NCBI GenBank assembly: GCA_964270895.1
Contig: OZ185435.1
DNA from: Podarcis filfolensis
Lineage: Eukaryota
DNA: 64,000 bases
Reading direction: 5' to 3' (one strand)
Each line of letters starts with the position of its first letter. The stretch's first letter is position 1. Below, piece after piece: positions 25,578 to 37,815 of the stretch. The translations under genes and the position numbers were made by a program. The notes under the pieces were generated by a model. The model made no database searches. It was not told where the DNA came from and worked only from the letters and a program-made list of their open reading frames with translations.

Positions 25578-26314
25578 AGTCTTAATAGTAACTGAAAGTC
25601 TGTTTCCAATATTGATGTATGACATAAGAAATGCTAGGTCTTGCTCTGTGAAAATCCTCTGGCCTATTTAAGTCTGCCTCCCCATACTTGAAAGGAAATC
25701 CCATGGAAATCAGTGGCAGTTACATGTAGATAAATGTGGTTAGGATTTGACCATTAAAAAAAGCCAATCAGCTTCACTTCACGTAAGTGTAACGTCATGC
25801 AAGATGGAGGAACACTTGGAATTTGCTCAGCCCAGGGAAGAAAGAAAGAATTCACTTTTCTATCCAGGATATTATTGTGACAACTTTGCATTTATTTTGA
25901 CATTATGTGGCATTTCATTGTGACATCTCAATGCAGTAGCTACATATACTGAAATAATGATTTGAAACAATTTTCACTTCATTTCAGCTGAAAAGTTTGA
26001 CATTTCTATATTGTGGCAAGAAATATTTTGAAAATGGCTTGGATGTTTTTTTAGAGATTCAGAAAATTGGTATAACTTTCAAATGATAAATCAGTCTTCC
26101 CAACAGACCCAACAAACTTTTCTAAAGGCTTTAGTAAAGCAAAACATTGCCGGATTGATACAGCAGTGGAGATTCCACATGACCCCACTCAAAAGCAGTT
26201 ATGAAGAGATAAGTGCTTTGTGAAACTCCTCTTTCACTTTTCATGAACTCATCTTCACCATTGTCTTGCCTTTCATATGCTTTCGGTATGCAGAATATTT
26301 TTGGTTGTAGCCTA

Positions 26315-26417
26315 GTGCAAGCAAAAAGTTTCATGTTCAATCCCAGGCATCTCCAGGCAGGACTGGGAAAGAACCCAGTTTGAAATCCTAGAGAAACACT
26401 GCAGATCAGTGTTGACA
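26315..26417 (+). mobile_element. tRNA-Ala-derived SINE fragment
   Basis: atgttcaatcccaggcatctccaggcaggactgggaaagaaccc...gaaatcctagaga...cagtgttgaca. Confidence 0.7.
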
Positions 26418-26602
26418 TGCGCCAAAGTTTCAATTTGGTTTGCTAGGAGGTGGAAAGTACTGCTATCTTAGCCCAATTCCTTGGGGCAAAAAACATTTGT
26501 GATTGGGAAATTTTAATTATGAAAGCAACCAGATATTCCAACACAGGTCACATCCATACCATGCTTTTAGAGCACTCTTATATGACTTTAACAGTCATGT
26601 TT

Positions 26603-26661
26603 TTGTTGTTTAGTCGTTTAGTCATGTCCAACTCTTTGTGACCCCATGGACCAGAGCACGC
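26603..26661 (-). mobile_element. Bov-B-type RTE LINE extreme 3' end
   Basis: ttgttgtttagtcgtttagtcatgtccaactctttgtgaccccatggaccagagcacgc resembles the reverse complement of the Bov-B 3' terminus (tcagtcgtgtccgactctttgcgaccccatg...agcacgcc). Confidence 0.75.
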
Positions 26662-28048
26662 AATGTAATTAATTGTTAATTATCAATCCATCTAGGTGCT
26701 CAGAGTGCTCTTCTTTGTTTTAGCATACCCCAATGGAATTTTCCAATGTTAAACCCTTAGCAATACACATACAGGCATTCTCCATTTCAGTGAAAATTAT
26801 ACAATTATATTTAACATCGTCTCGGTATATAAGCAGGAAATTGAGGCACACTCACAGTCCTAGCCCTACTATTGTATTGGGAGGGGGGAATATCAGGAAG
26901 CCTTGGGGAGCATAGAACTGGTCCAGTATTCCTTTGGCACTTGCCATGTATTCCTTTACATTAACAGGTGTGCATCATAATCTGACTGCACTTTCAAGAA
27001 GGTCTACAGAACCTAAGAGGAGATCAAGGTCAGATTGTTGCTAAACAGGAAGCATTATTGCCTTCTGATGGGTTATCATCTGTGTGCCATCAAAATGAAT
27101 TACTGACACCCAGGAAAGCTCCTACACAGTGAAGAATGTCCGTAGGCACTGCTTTGTAGAGGACTGTCACAGTGCGGCACAGAAACTGCCGGACATATAA
27201 GGCATCATCGGCATTCATGCTATGGGCATGTCAAGCAGGTGGCAAGGAATCATTGGGGTGTGGCAAATGTAAGTGTGCCCATGACATCTGAGTGTTATTA
27301 GATGGATAGGAGGCAAGCGGAAAGACAAAAAAAAAAGCCACAAAATTGAAGAAAACAGCTTTCGCCACTAAATGGAAATTACTTAGAAAGCTGCAGAGCA
27401 ACATTGATTCTGACAGCCCGATTCCGCAGCAGAAAGAACTTGAGGAAGATATTGGTCAGAGTGTTTTTCCTTGCAAGTGGCTAAATGTGCTTGATTTTCC
27501 CCTGACAAGATCAATCAGTGTTCATCCAGCAAAATAAGCCCATGCTTGATAATATTTTCTGGAAGGCAGCTGAACATTAATTGAAAACTCGGGTTTTTTG
27601 CCTCCGAGTGTCTGTCTGCATATATGAAATAATGAACCATGTGGGTGAAAATGAATGTATACCCTCTTCATTGAACTAAGAGCTACATTATTTAATATAT
27701 GAAAACAATATTTCATGAAACAAAGATGTATGCTACCTGTATAAGTTATAAATTTCCCTTAATGACTGCAATATATCAAAAAGCTGATGCCTGCATTTTT
27801 AGAAGCTAGCTTGAATTATATACCAGTTTTCTTTTCTTGCACTTCTTCAGTTCAAAATTTCATATTGCCTTGAGATTTTTCCATTCTGTTTTCCTTTGTA
27901 TCCGAGTTTCAAAAGATACAGACTTCGCATCATGAGGTAATAGTATAGATGGATTTATATAAATGACACTCTCAGCAGAATTTTAGAAAGTGGGGGCCTG
28001 ATCCATTAGTTTGGATTTACTCATATACTTTGGGATTCATCCCTAATA

Positions 28049-28175
28049 TAGGCAATTTCTCAACCTGATGCCCTCCATATATTTTGGGTGACAATTCCCA
28101 TCAGCCCCAGCCAGCACAGAATAATAGGAGATGTAGTCCAAACTTCTGGAGAGCTCCAGATTGGGGGGTGGTGCT
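28049..28175. mobile_element. hAT-like palindromic MITE, decayed
   Basis: ctcaacctgatgccctcca...aattcccatcagccccagcc...ggagatgtagtccaaacttctggagagctccagattggg. Confidence 0.55.
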
Positions 28176-28434
28176 TAGTGTTTACTCACCCACCTTATTT
28201 TGTGCTGACATATAATGTTTTGCCTGAATCAAACTCAGGAGGGATGTATTATTCCAGTTTCCAGAAGCTAAATTTGGATAGCACCGATTGTCTGGTCTTG
28301 TTCCAATCATGACCACCTGACCCCTTCTTAAAATAGTTTTTCAAGAGTTCACCTGCAAAAATACCATTGTTCAAACATCTTTTTTTGAAATGCTAAACAA
28401 ATGTTCAGGTAAGCAAGGAAAATGAGGAACTGAT

Positions 28435-28761
28435 GGGGAACAGTTGCACTCAGTGGCAGAGCCAAAGCTTTGCATGCAGAAGGCCACAGGCATCTCTCAT
28501 TAGGGCTGGGAAGGACTCTTGCCTGATACCCTGGAGAGCGGCTACAATCAGTATGGGCAATCAGCTGAACAAGATAGACCAGAATTTCCCAAACTTGGGT
28601 CTCCACCTGTTTTTGGACTACAATTCCCATCACCCCAATCACTGGTGTTCCTAGCTAGGGGTGATGGGAGTTGTAGTTCAAAAACAGCTGGAAATCTAAG
28701 TTGGGAAGCCCTGGGATTGACAGTGGTCTAACTTGTTCTAAAGCAGCTTCCTATTGTTCCT
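28435..28761 (+). mobile_element. tRNA-Ala-derived SINE carrying a nested MITE
   Basis: gcactcagtggcagagc...ctttgcatgcagaagg...agggctgggaaggactcttgcctga...ccctggagag; resumes after the insert as agtggtctaact...aagcagcttcctattgttcct. Confidence 0.8.
28580..28713. mobile_element. Palindromic hAT-type MITE, same subfamily as 23579-23709
   Basis: cagaatttcccaaacttgggtctcca ... ctggaaatctaagttgggaagccctg; flanks agatagac / ggattgac match at 6/8; central ctagctag is shared. Confidence 0.85.
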
Positions 28762-28981
28762 GCATTATAGTGGCAGCAGCTGTCCAGGGTTTTCAGACAG
28801 AAGACTTTCCTGGAGATTTATCAACTTATTTATCAAAGCAACTACCTTTCATCCCTAAGGAAGATTAAATCTGAGATTTTTTTTGTATGTGAAATATATG
28901 GCTACCACTGCGCTATGGCCCCTCCCTTCTCAAGTACATGCTAAATACTTGATGGGGGAAACCAAAGTGAGTGTCTGGCCT

Positions 28982-29042
28982 GAAGCAAGTGGGAATAGGA
29001 AAAGAGGAAGAAGCAAGTGGGAATAGGAAAAGAGGAAGAAGC
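28982..29042 (+). repeat. Perfect 28-bp tandem duplication
   Basis: GAAGCAAGTGGGAATAGGAAAAGAGGAA twice, plus GAAGC. Confidence 0.95.
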
Positions 29043-32000
29043 TTAAATTTGGAGTCCACACATGTGTCATTTGAGAAGCAAAAGCATGGGAAAGCAGAGA
29101 TCTCACTGAAACCTAAAAGCCTATACCCACTTTTGTCTCCAGATACATTTGTATGCCACCTGTGTATTCTCAAAGTACCAATCTGACCATGCTAAGACTA
29201 CATGTTAACAGGAAAATGGCATCTCTATAATGGTGTAATGACCTGGTGGCTATGATAACATGGAGCATCTCTCTGTCCTCATTGGTGGCCACGAGGAGCA
29301 TAGATTGTAGTCATTTGCACAGTAGATCATGTTACCATAAGTGTGTGAAGAATTTGGCATGGCAGTTTGGTAGCATGCCCATGGCCACTATAGTATTGCT
29401 CTCCCCCCTCCCACAGTGTGTTATAGGCCCACACAGTGGCTTGTTGGTTTTGATTGGCCCACACTAAATTGTACTGTGAATTGACAGGAGTTACCATATA
29501 TAGTCATGCAGTGGAACACAGATCTTTCCTGGATTTATATTATGATTCTAAATTAAATAGCAATGCCAAGCACTCTCAGTGAGCTGTGTTTATCAAAGCT
29601 ATTATGACTTCCGCTGGGAATAATAATGGTTATAAGTACTTATTCTAACCTAAGATAATTCTAAGGGAAATTTCTTCCAACTTTGTACTGATTTAGGATC
29701 CGCTTAGAAGAAGGCTGAATAGTGTTTTTGACTTTAAAATACTCAGTATATTTACACATAGAGGTTCAGCTGTGGTCTCTGCTACAGCATGTGATAAAGG
29801 TTTGCCTGGAGGTACTTTGCCAGTTTCTCCCTGTGCCAAGACACCACTCTTAGGTATTAGCTCATTTGGGTCAGATGCTCAAGTGTAACATACCTCATTT
29901 TGTGACTTCCACATGGAAGCTGCAACTCTGGGACGCATTTCCTAGGCGGGACAATTCTGAGCTTCTATAATTAGCAATATAATAATCAAAAATAAATGAA
30001 TAAATGCACATGACCTTTTACTGATATTGGCTGTTCCTGCCTCTGTGAACACCCCCACACACACCAGCCAGGCAGCTCAAAAGATGCAAAGACAAGCAGC
30101 CGTATTCATGCAGTTATCTGATGCTCTCTGGAGGACTGCAGGTCCATTAACCAATGAGTAGTTTGCACTCAACCATGTGTATGTGTGTGTTGTTTTCCAA
30201 CCTCTAACAGGGGGGAAAAAAACAGGCAATGAACTAGATTGCTAAATAATTGAGAGAAGTATTTATGACTGTAGTGCGAGAGTATTTTATTATCTACCAG
30301 GTTTAGGACCATGCGTGCTTGATAGCAGGACTTAATTCGGAATGTCTGAGTCATGTGTCATTTCTATCAGTAAACAGGAATGGCTTGGCACATTTGGCTA
30401 TGTAGCAGGCATTGTGAAGTACAAAGAAGGCACCCCAATGTCAAAAGGTATCCTCATCTATAAAACGTTGCATCACACATTGGCCAGGTACATGGTGAAA
30501 CACCGCCTGGCTATTTATGGATATAAACATCGCTGGATGTTATGTGGTCAGGACTGTACATCTTGTATTTCTTTCAGATGTTTATCAAGATCTGTGGCCT
30601 ACCGATGTATCTTGGGCTTTGAAGCAGCAATAAAAGTTTGCTCTTTTTAAAATATCACCACCTCACTCGCAAAGTAATACAAGGAAAGAGGACTTCTGTT
30701 CCACAGGAAATTACCAGAAACTGGCAAACTGTATAATATACAATCCCAGGTTTAAATTATGCCCCTGGCATATTTGGAGAAAGTACAGATGTAGTCATTC
30801 CCCAAATAGCTAGCTGCAGCTACAGTACAAACATAGCTTTATCAGTGAGCAGGGAAACATCCAAAATGTTCAGATGATAAACAGGGATGTCATTTGCCAA
30901 GTATCTTCACTGTTGCGGAGGTTATATGGAGGACACATTGGTTACAATCTTGATCCCCATGTGTTCGGGGGCTTACTGTTCTCTTTTGCACACACAATAG
31001 ACTTCTGTGGACTCTTTGATTCATCATCCTTGGGTACCAGCCAAATCCATTAAGCAGAAATCAACGGGAGTTTTGTCATTGACCTCAGTGTTACATGCAT
31101 TGCACCCACACAGAGCCACCCCTGCAGCACTTTTCCTCCAAGTAATCTTCAGGTGAAAGACTTCTTCAGCACTTCTGCACTTCTTTCAGGAATTGTGTGT
31201 TCTGTTCAGGGTTCGCTGATATTGCTTGTTGTTTGGCAGTTCGCTGCCCTTGGAATTGAACACAGTATCAACCACAATGTTAACAAACACAATACTTAAT
31301 CAATTCAAATGGCTTATCCAACTATGGATTTCTCATTATGTCTGCTCAACAAAAAGAGTTTATGTGAACTCCTATTCCCATCCACTGCAGCATGGCATAG
31401 CAGGACAACACAACAGGGCACATTGAGGGAAGACTTCTATTCTTATTAACTGATAATCCTGATCAGTCCATGTGTTCTTGCAATTAATTAAGCCAGCTTA
31501 GATGAAGCCAACAGAAGCACCTGTTTTTTTAAAGCTAGACCACTATAGACTTCCATGTTCTGGGGCAAAGCAGCTCTGAATATCAGGTATTGGTGACCAA
31601 AAACAGGAATCAGATGGACCTTTACTGTGATCTAGCAAGTCCATTCTGGTGTTTAAGCAAGAGTTTGACAAATGCTAGAAAACTGTTTATTAACTGCTGA
31701 TGACCTTCTTTCCTTGTTTCATTTACAACTGAATGGAGCAGAAGATTAATGTCTGACTAAATTACTGATTCCTTTCCCCAATCATCTATTCCTCAGCTGC
31801 TTTTTCATTATATTTAGAACCATTGTCCCTTACTGTCTGAGACCTAGAAGAAGGGGGCGAGATAAACCAGTGCTGGAAAGACAGCATTCCCCCCCCCCCA
31901 TTGTGACACAGACACATAATTATTTACACTCAGTTATCTCTTGAACTGCACACACTATTAATCTTTCTTCCACTTTGGAAAGCCCAAGTTTAGAATGAGC

Positions 32001-34184
32001 CGGATCGTTATTGAAGACTAACTTTCCAAGAGGTTGGAAGAAATAGTTATCTTGTTTGTCTTTGCCTCTGCTAAACTTAGCTCTTTCCTTAATGGTGGGG
32101 CATAATAGAGCAACAACACAGAGGGAAAGCTCGAATTAATGAAGTGGGAATGATGAATGAACCATTCATCCAAAGCTTCCTTTTCATTGGAAAACAAAGA
32201 CCTGTGTGTGAGCTGTTCTCTGGGCAGCTGGATGATAGGTCAAGGCAATGTCATTTCGGCACTAAGGATGAGTCCCTTGCAATGGCAGGAAGGAATGCCA
32301 TAATATGAGTCAGCTTTGTGTGTCCAGATGCTACCGTTACTCATATTTGGGAAACAGCGCTACAGTATATTGAATACTCTACATTCACACGGTCTCCCAG
32401 TCATGGCACAACTTTGCGAAATGGAAACAGTTGACTTTTTCTTAGCCTAAAAGCAGCAGCAAATGTGCATGAGATAAATCCAACAAAAAAGTACTGCCTT
32501 GCCCTGAAGTTGTGTCAACTTGGCTGGTCAGAGACCATTAACTCTTCCCATGTTTCTTCAACCGCCAATCAAGAATCATACATGATGGAGTATGGTACAT
32601 TCTGAAAAAGTGCATTTCTCATCGTTGGATTGGGTAGCTGTTCCAAGTGTTGTTTGTGTCGGTAAGTGTCTGTGAAGATGCTTTCACCTCAGTTAAACAG
32701 TTAGCTATATAATTTCATATTTCATTCCCAAAGTTATTTCTTTTTGCAGAGCAGATAAGAGCTGCCTTGAGTTAATTGACACAGCAGAATTTATCAGCTT
32801 ACAGCGGATTAGGCTGAATTCCATTTCTGTTTCCCAAAACAAGAGTGTCTGATAGATATAAACCCTCTTCAGGAATTCCAACAGCATGCTAAATTCAAAC
32901 ATGGGGATGTGCATGGGGATGTGGGTACTGGCTCCACACACACACACACACACCATTGCCATTGCAGCTCAGGCTCCTGAAAAGTCCAAGGAGCTTCAAT
33001 GTGTACAGGAGGCTACATGCTTCTCAAAGTTACCCATCACGAGTTGAAAAGAGTCTTGAATGGTGATGCTTGTTCCCCCTCTCCCTGGTTATGTGTTAAT
33101 CTGACCCCAGATCTTTGCATTTCTGCTTATCATGTTTTGCTTAATTTTCCTAGGTATGTAGATGCTTAAATGACATTTCCTGTTGCATGTCAAAGGCCAG
33201 GTAGAGAGAATGAATTTGTAATATTGTTAACAGTGAATTTTGGAATTGGAGGTTCAGAAACTATTTCCCAGGCTCATTATTTGCTCAATCCAAGGACGAA
33301 GAATTCAGCAGCAGGGATACTAGCTGGTGACCTTGCAGGTTTCGTCCTTATGGCCTGCACAGTTTTGAGCATGTGCCTGGGAAGCATAGGAAATATCTTC
33401 CTAAGCCTCCCAAGTCCAATTCACTTTGCTAGTAGGTATGAGAAAGCTCCTTGTCCATGCATGCATTCCTGGAACAAAAACACTGTGAGCAAGTTCAGGG
33501 GTGCCCAAGTGTTAAAATATGATCTACAAAGTTATTGTTGTCACCTGCCAGTTCTCTTTCCTGCTGGTCCTCTCCTTAGTTTGCATTTGCAAGATTTACT
33601 TGGCAAAGGAGGCTGGGGCATTTTCCTCCAGGCCTTGGTCTTTCTACATTTTCCAGAATTTTTTTTTTTTAGGAACGAGCCTGAGCATTTATCAATAGTT
33701 CTTCCAATAAAGCTTGCATACAAAGTCAAGTCTGGCAATGTCTTAAAACAAACAGAGAAATAAAATTTTCCAGTATAGAAAAGCACCACATGGTCCCAAC
33801 AGGGCAATGGTAGAAAATATTATCAGGATAATATATAAAAGTAACCATTTAGCTATATTGACTAATGCTGGTTGGTGCTCTTTTATTCACAGTAATGAAT
33901 GTATATGTTTGCCATATGACTATTTAGCTGATATTATTTGCAGAAAATTGTAGGGTTTCTACTTGCAAGTCAGAGATACATTCTTCATCATCCTTTTGTT
34001 TACATGAATCTTTCTGTGTACAGACACTTACTCTTGCATGATGCAAGCAATCAGCAACCAATAAGCTCTCGTCTCTGATGGGGATAACTAAATTGAAGAC
34101 AATCAGCAGCAAAGGATGTGCCCCTTGGTTATGCATTTGATGGGAAAAGAAACACCTATGTGAATTTGTGAAAGGGAATAATTG

Positions 34185-34490
34185 AGGGACCAAGCAGGTC
34201 AGTCTCTTATTAATGAGATACAAACCCCTTCAACTCTGAGTTTCGGCTAACCCGAAGCAGGTCAGTAGGTAGGAACCAAAAGTCGTTAACATCTGACAGT
34301 TGTTCGGTGACCTGTGCAAAATGAGTTGATACTCTCAATCTAGTACATAAAGCAGCAGAATAATTGGTGTTAATTCATACCCTTGTTGGCAGGCTCAGTG
34401 CAGAGGCCAAAGATTGAATTGGCATGAAAATTAAGCTACCCTATCAGCTACAAAGGTCTCTCCAGGTCAGGGCTGAACTGCATTAGCCGG
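34185..34490 (+). mobile_element. LF-SINE (living fossil SINE) copy, candidate exapted conserved element
   Basis: Colinear blocks match the remembered LFSINE_Vert consensus: taatgagataca; aaagtcgttaacatctgacagttgttcggtgacctgtgcaaaatgagttg; acccttgttggcaggctcagtgcagaggccaaagattgaattggcatg; ctccaggtcagggctga. Confidence 0.85.
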
Positions 34491-37121
34491 TTAGAATAGT
34501 GGCAATTGTACTAGTAACACTCCCAGCTAAAGAGGCTTTGTGAGTGAGCCAGAGGGTTTCCTCATTCCCTTCTGTCAATAAGGTACCTTTTGGAATCACT
34601 GAAGTAGTTAATAAAGTAGTCTGCTTGGAGCGTGTGTTAGAAACAGGGTGGATTCATGAAGGGCTAATACTGACCTCAGAAGTACAGATTATTGGTCTTA
34701 ATATTCATATTGAATTGTTAATCTGCTGCCCAGCTGGAAAGTTATAAACATCACGTTGCAAGTGGATGGTGATGGCGGGTAACAAGATTGACAGGCAGAG
34801 TAATTAACATTAAGCATGTTATGATCCAGTGTCAACTTCAGGTCCATAAGTTGTGGTTTCAATGTCTGTTGCTAGCATGATACTGCTACATCCGTTAGAG
34901 TAACCCATTTTTAATCTAATGCATGATTAATATTGAACTGAACACCATGCATGCCTGGGCCTTTCATTCCTGCTTGCACATAAGAATAATGTCTGCAATT
35001 AAAGTAGAAAGCCCTAGGCCTCCACCTTGGAAGTCAACTGTGTTTGCACTATTCACTGGTTGGGAAGCAGATTGGAAAGATGTAATGACTTCTTCATGTA
35101 CAGCTACACTAAAAAGGAGGGAGTCTTTTAAAAGATAGCAAAAATAAAATAAAATAAAAATAAATTCTATATTTAGTTTAAGAGTATTCATCACTTGCCC
35201 AAAAATTCTGGAGCTGGGACTAAAATAAAAGGAGGCCGGGCTTTTTATTTTATTTTATAAGGCTATTTAAACATTGCTCCTGTTTCTGTGCAAATTTCAT
35301 TTGATTCATTCAGGCAACAAAAGATCCCTGAATCTGAACAGATAGCTAGACACCCAAGCCAGCACAGTAATCCAAAGAACTTTATAAAAGGGAAAACGTG
35401 TGCTCTCCAACAATCTCTGTGGGGATTTGCAGTGGTACCAGCTTTGTTGACTTCTTTCTTTCACTTACCATTTCCTGTCCAAAAAGCATGTGATGTCCTT
35501 TTCTGTTGCCAGGCAACTGGAATAGGGAGTAAAGCAGGAAGAAAATTGCTGGAGAGAAGGTGAAGTAGTTGAGGCAAAATAAGCTGAAGTTTGATTCTTG
35601 TTTTTTACTAATATGTTCCCACATCCCATCCCTACCCCCTTTTCTTTTTCTCACACACCTGATACTTTCAATAACAGTTCTCTTCTTCAGTAGACTCCTG
35701 TCAATGTGCATTTGAAATGGATAGATAAGAAAACTTCAGAAGCAGGATCTGTGGTGTGGTGGAGACACCCTCTCAACCCCAACATCATTGTTGCTTACCT
35801 GGCTGGTATGGAGCAGGGTGTCATTGAGCTTGAGGCTGTGTAGGTACCACAATAAGAGCATTGCTGCCTATCTAACACTGCTACTGGTTCACCTGTGTGG
35901 CCGTGATTTCGCTGCCACTCTGCCCCTGCCCCATCTAAGTAAGCAACTTTACACCACTCCATGTTGCTACTGGGTATCTGCATCATATTGGTTGAGTTAA
36001 TTATAGCTCTGAATGCACACGTGCACTCAATGGGGTGGAATTAAATGTCATGTTAGGTCGCCATTCTGTCAGCACAAGCATCTCTCCTCTCTTCCCAAAA
36101 CATGCTGTTCTAGATCTTATCCCAACCCTTCCAAGCAGATTTGGGGCAGGCACGGGTGGGGAGGAGAGGAGAGGAGGGGAAGTCCCATTCACTAGCATTG
36201 ACTTCTTTTAGTGCAGGAACTTAATTGAATCCAGTCCTTACAACTGGCTACAAAGCTAACAGAGCACCTATGATCAATCAGCAGGTTACATTTGCTCTGT
36301 TTAGACATTTTAGTTAAGGCTTACTACCAGCCCCATTTTTATATGGTTTGCCACTATTAAATGTAATACTGATCTAGAGATGACAAATGGGTCGAAACCC
36401 AAATTTCTTGTTAGACAGTCTGCTATCCTAAGCTGCCAGTCCGGAGAGGCACATGATGATGAAATCTGCTATTCTTCAGAATATAGAGCAGAAAACATTT
36501 TCTTCCTGCCCTATTATGTCAGGCTGTTCTTACAATACTGAACTCCAAAGGGATTCATTCCTTTTGTTTTCTTAGACAGAGAGCCATGACATAGAACTTG
36601 AAATTTAGTTCTATTTTACGAGATAACATTGTTGTCCTTTATATTTTCTTCCACTGAAACTTACATTTTTTCCATGTTGGTTGGGCTTATGACATTGAGT
36701 TTTTGTGTTGGGCTTCTCAAGAAGAATCTGGGTCATGCAGCCTTTTCACTAATCACTATATTGTGGTTAATCACCGTTGCCAATTAAAATGCGTTAGCAG
36801 TGATCGTTTCTACATTCTAGAGGTTTCCATGAAAAAAACAGAGTAAGAGGCAAAGCTATTATTTTGGAAGCATTTTATTATGTTGTTTTCTTAATATTCT
36901 ATTTATGTATCTCTCTTGGAATGCACTTTCTGAACACTCAAGTCAGGGAACAACAATATAAACTCTGATTCCAATTCAAAGTAGGCTGCAGTTTAAATAA
37001 CTTGAAACATTACAAACTCCCTCACAACATTGTTCTGAGTTAATTCTAGCAATTGAAGACACTTAGGCTCAAGCTATATCTGGCTTCCAAGGCATGAACA
37101 AGTTCTATAGTTGGAGTGGAC

Positions 37122-37815
37122 CAGAGGCATAGCATGAGGGGGAGTCCAGGGGGGTCCGTAGTTCCAGGTGCAATTTTGTGAGAGGGTGCAAACAAGTGCC
37201 CCCACGGCAGGCTCCTTCATCAGAGCCTAGCTCCACACAAGAAAGAGCTGTGCCTTGGTTGCGGTACTCATGCCCGGTCCAGCTCCACCCCTGGGTCAGG
37301 CATGACTCAGAGGAGAGCAGGTGAGTGGGGAGCAGTGCTGCCACCCAGCCTCCTTGGTTGCGATACACCTTGTGCCCGGCTGCGGCAGCTTTCCTGCCTG
37401 GTCATGTCTAACCTGGTGGCGGAGATACAAGTTACTGATGCCACGATGTGTTGAGCCAAAAGAGAAGCTGGTCTGGAAGCCCTGCTTGCAGCATATTGAT
37501 GGTTGACCCCTGCCTAATTGGCAGTAGCTGTAGCACTCAGCTCATACGTGTTTGATGCATCCACAGGCCCCAGGCATAGCTGGGGGGGTTAATGGTTAAT
37601 ACGAGCCACAAGTGGCATGCGGTGAAATTTTTCATAGGGGAACAGTTGGGGCCAGAGGTGCCAGCTTGCAAGTGTGATGGGCAGGGGGACATCACACATG
37701 TGAGCATTGCACCTCCCTAAACTGGGCAGAAGCTTCTTGGGCTTTGGGAAGGAGGCACCACGGGAAAATTAGGGGACTAGCCTAGACCCCATAGTCCACT
37801 GACTGCACGCCACTG
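37122..37815. mobile_element. GC-rich decayed DNA-transposon-like tract (hAT-like ends)
   Basis: Starts cagaggcatagcatgaggggg and ends gcacgccactg (CAGNGGCGTAGC-type termini); GC-rich compared with flanks; no matching TSD. Confidence 0.3.

Noticed and set aside
33170-33763. 197-aa ORF on +
   Set aside because: No recognisable motif, low-complexity Leu/Phe content and no convincing exon boundaries.
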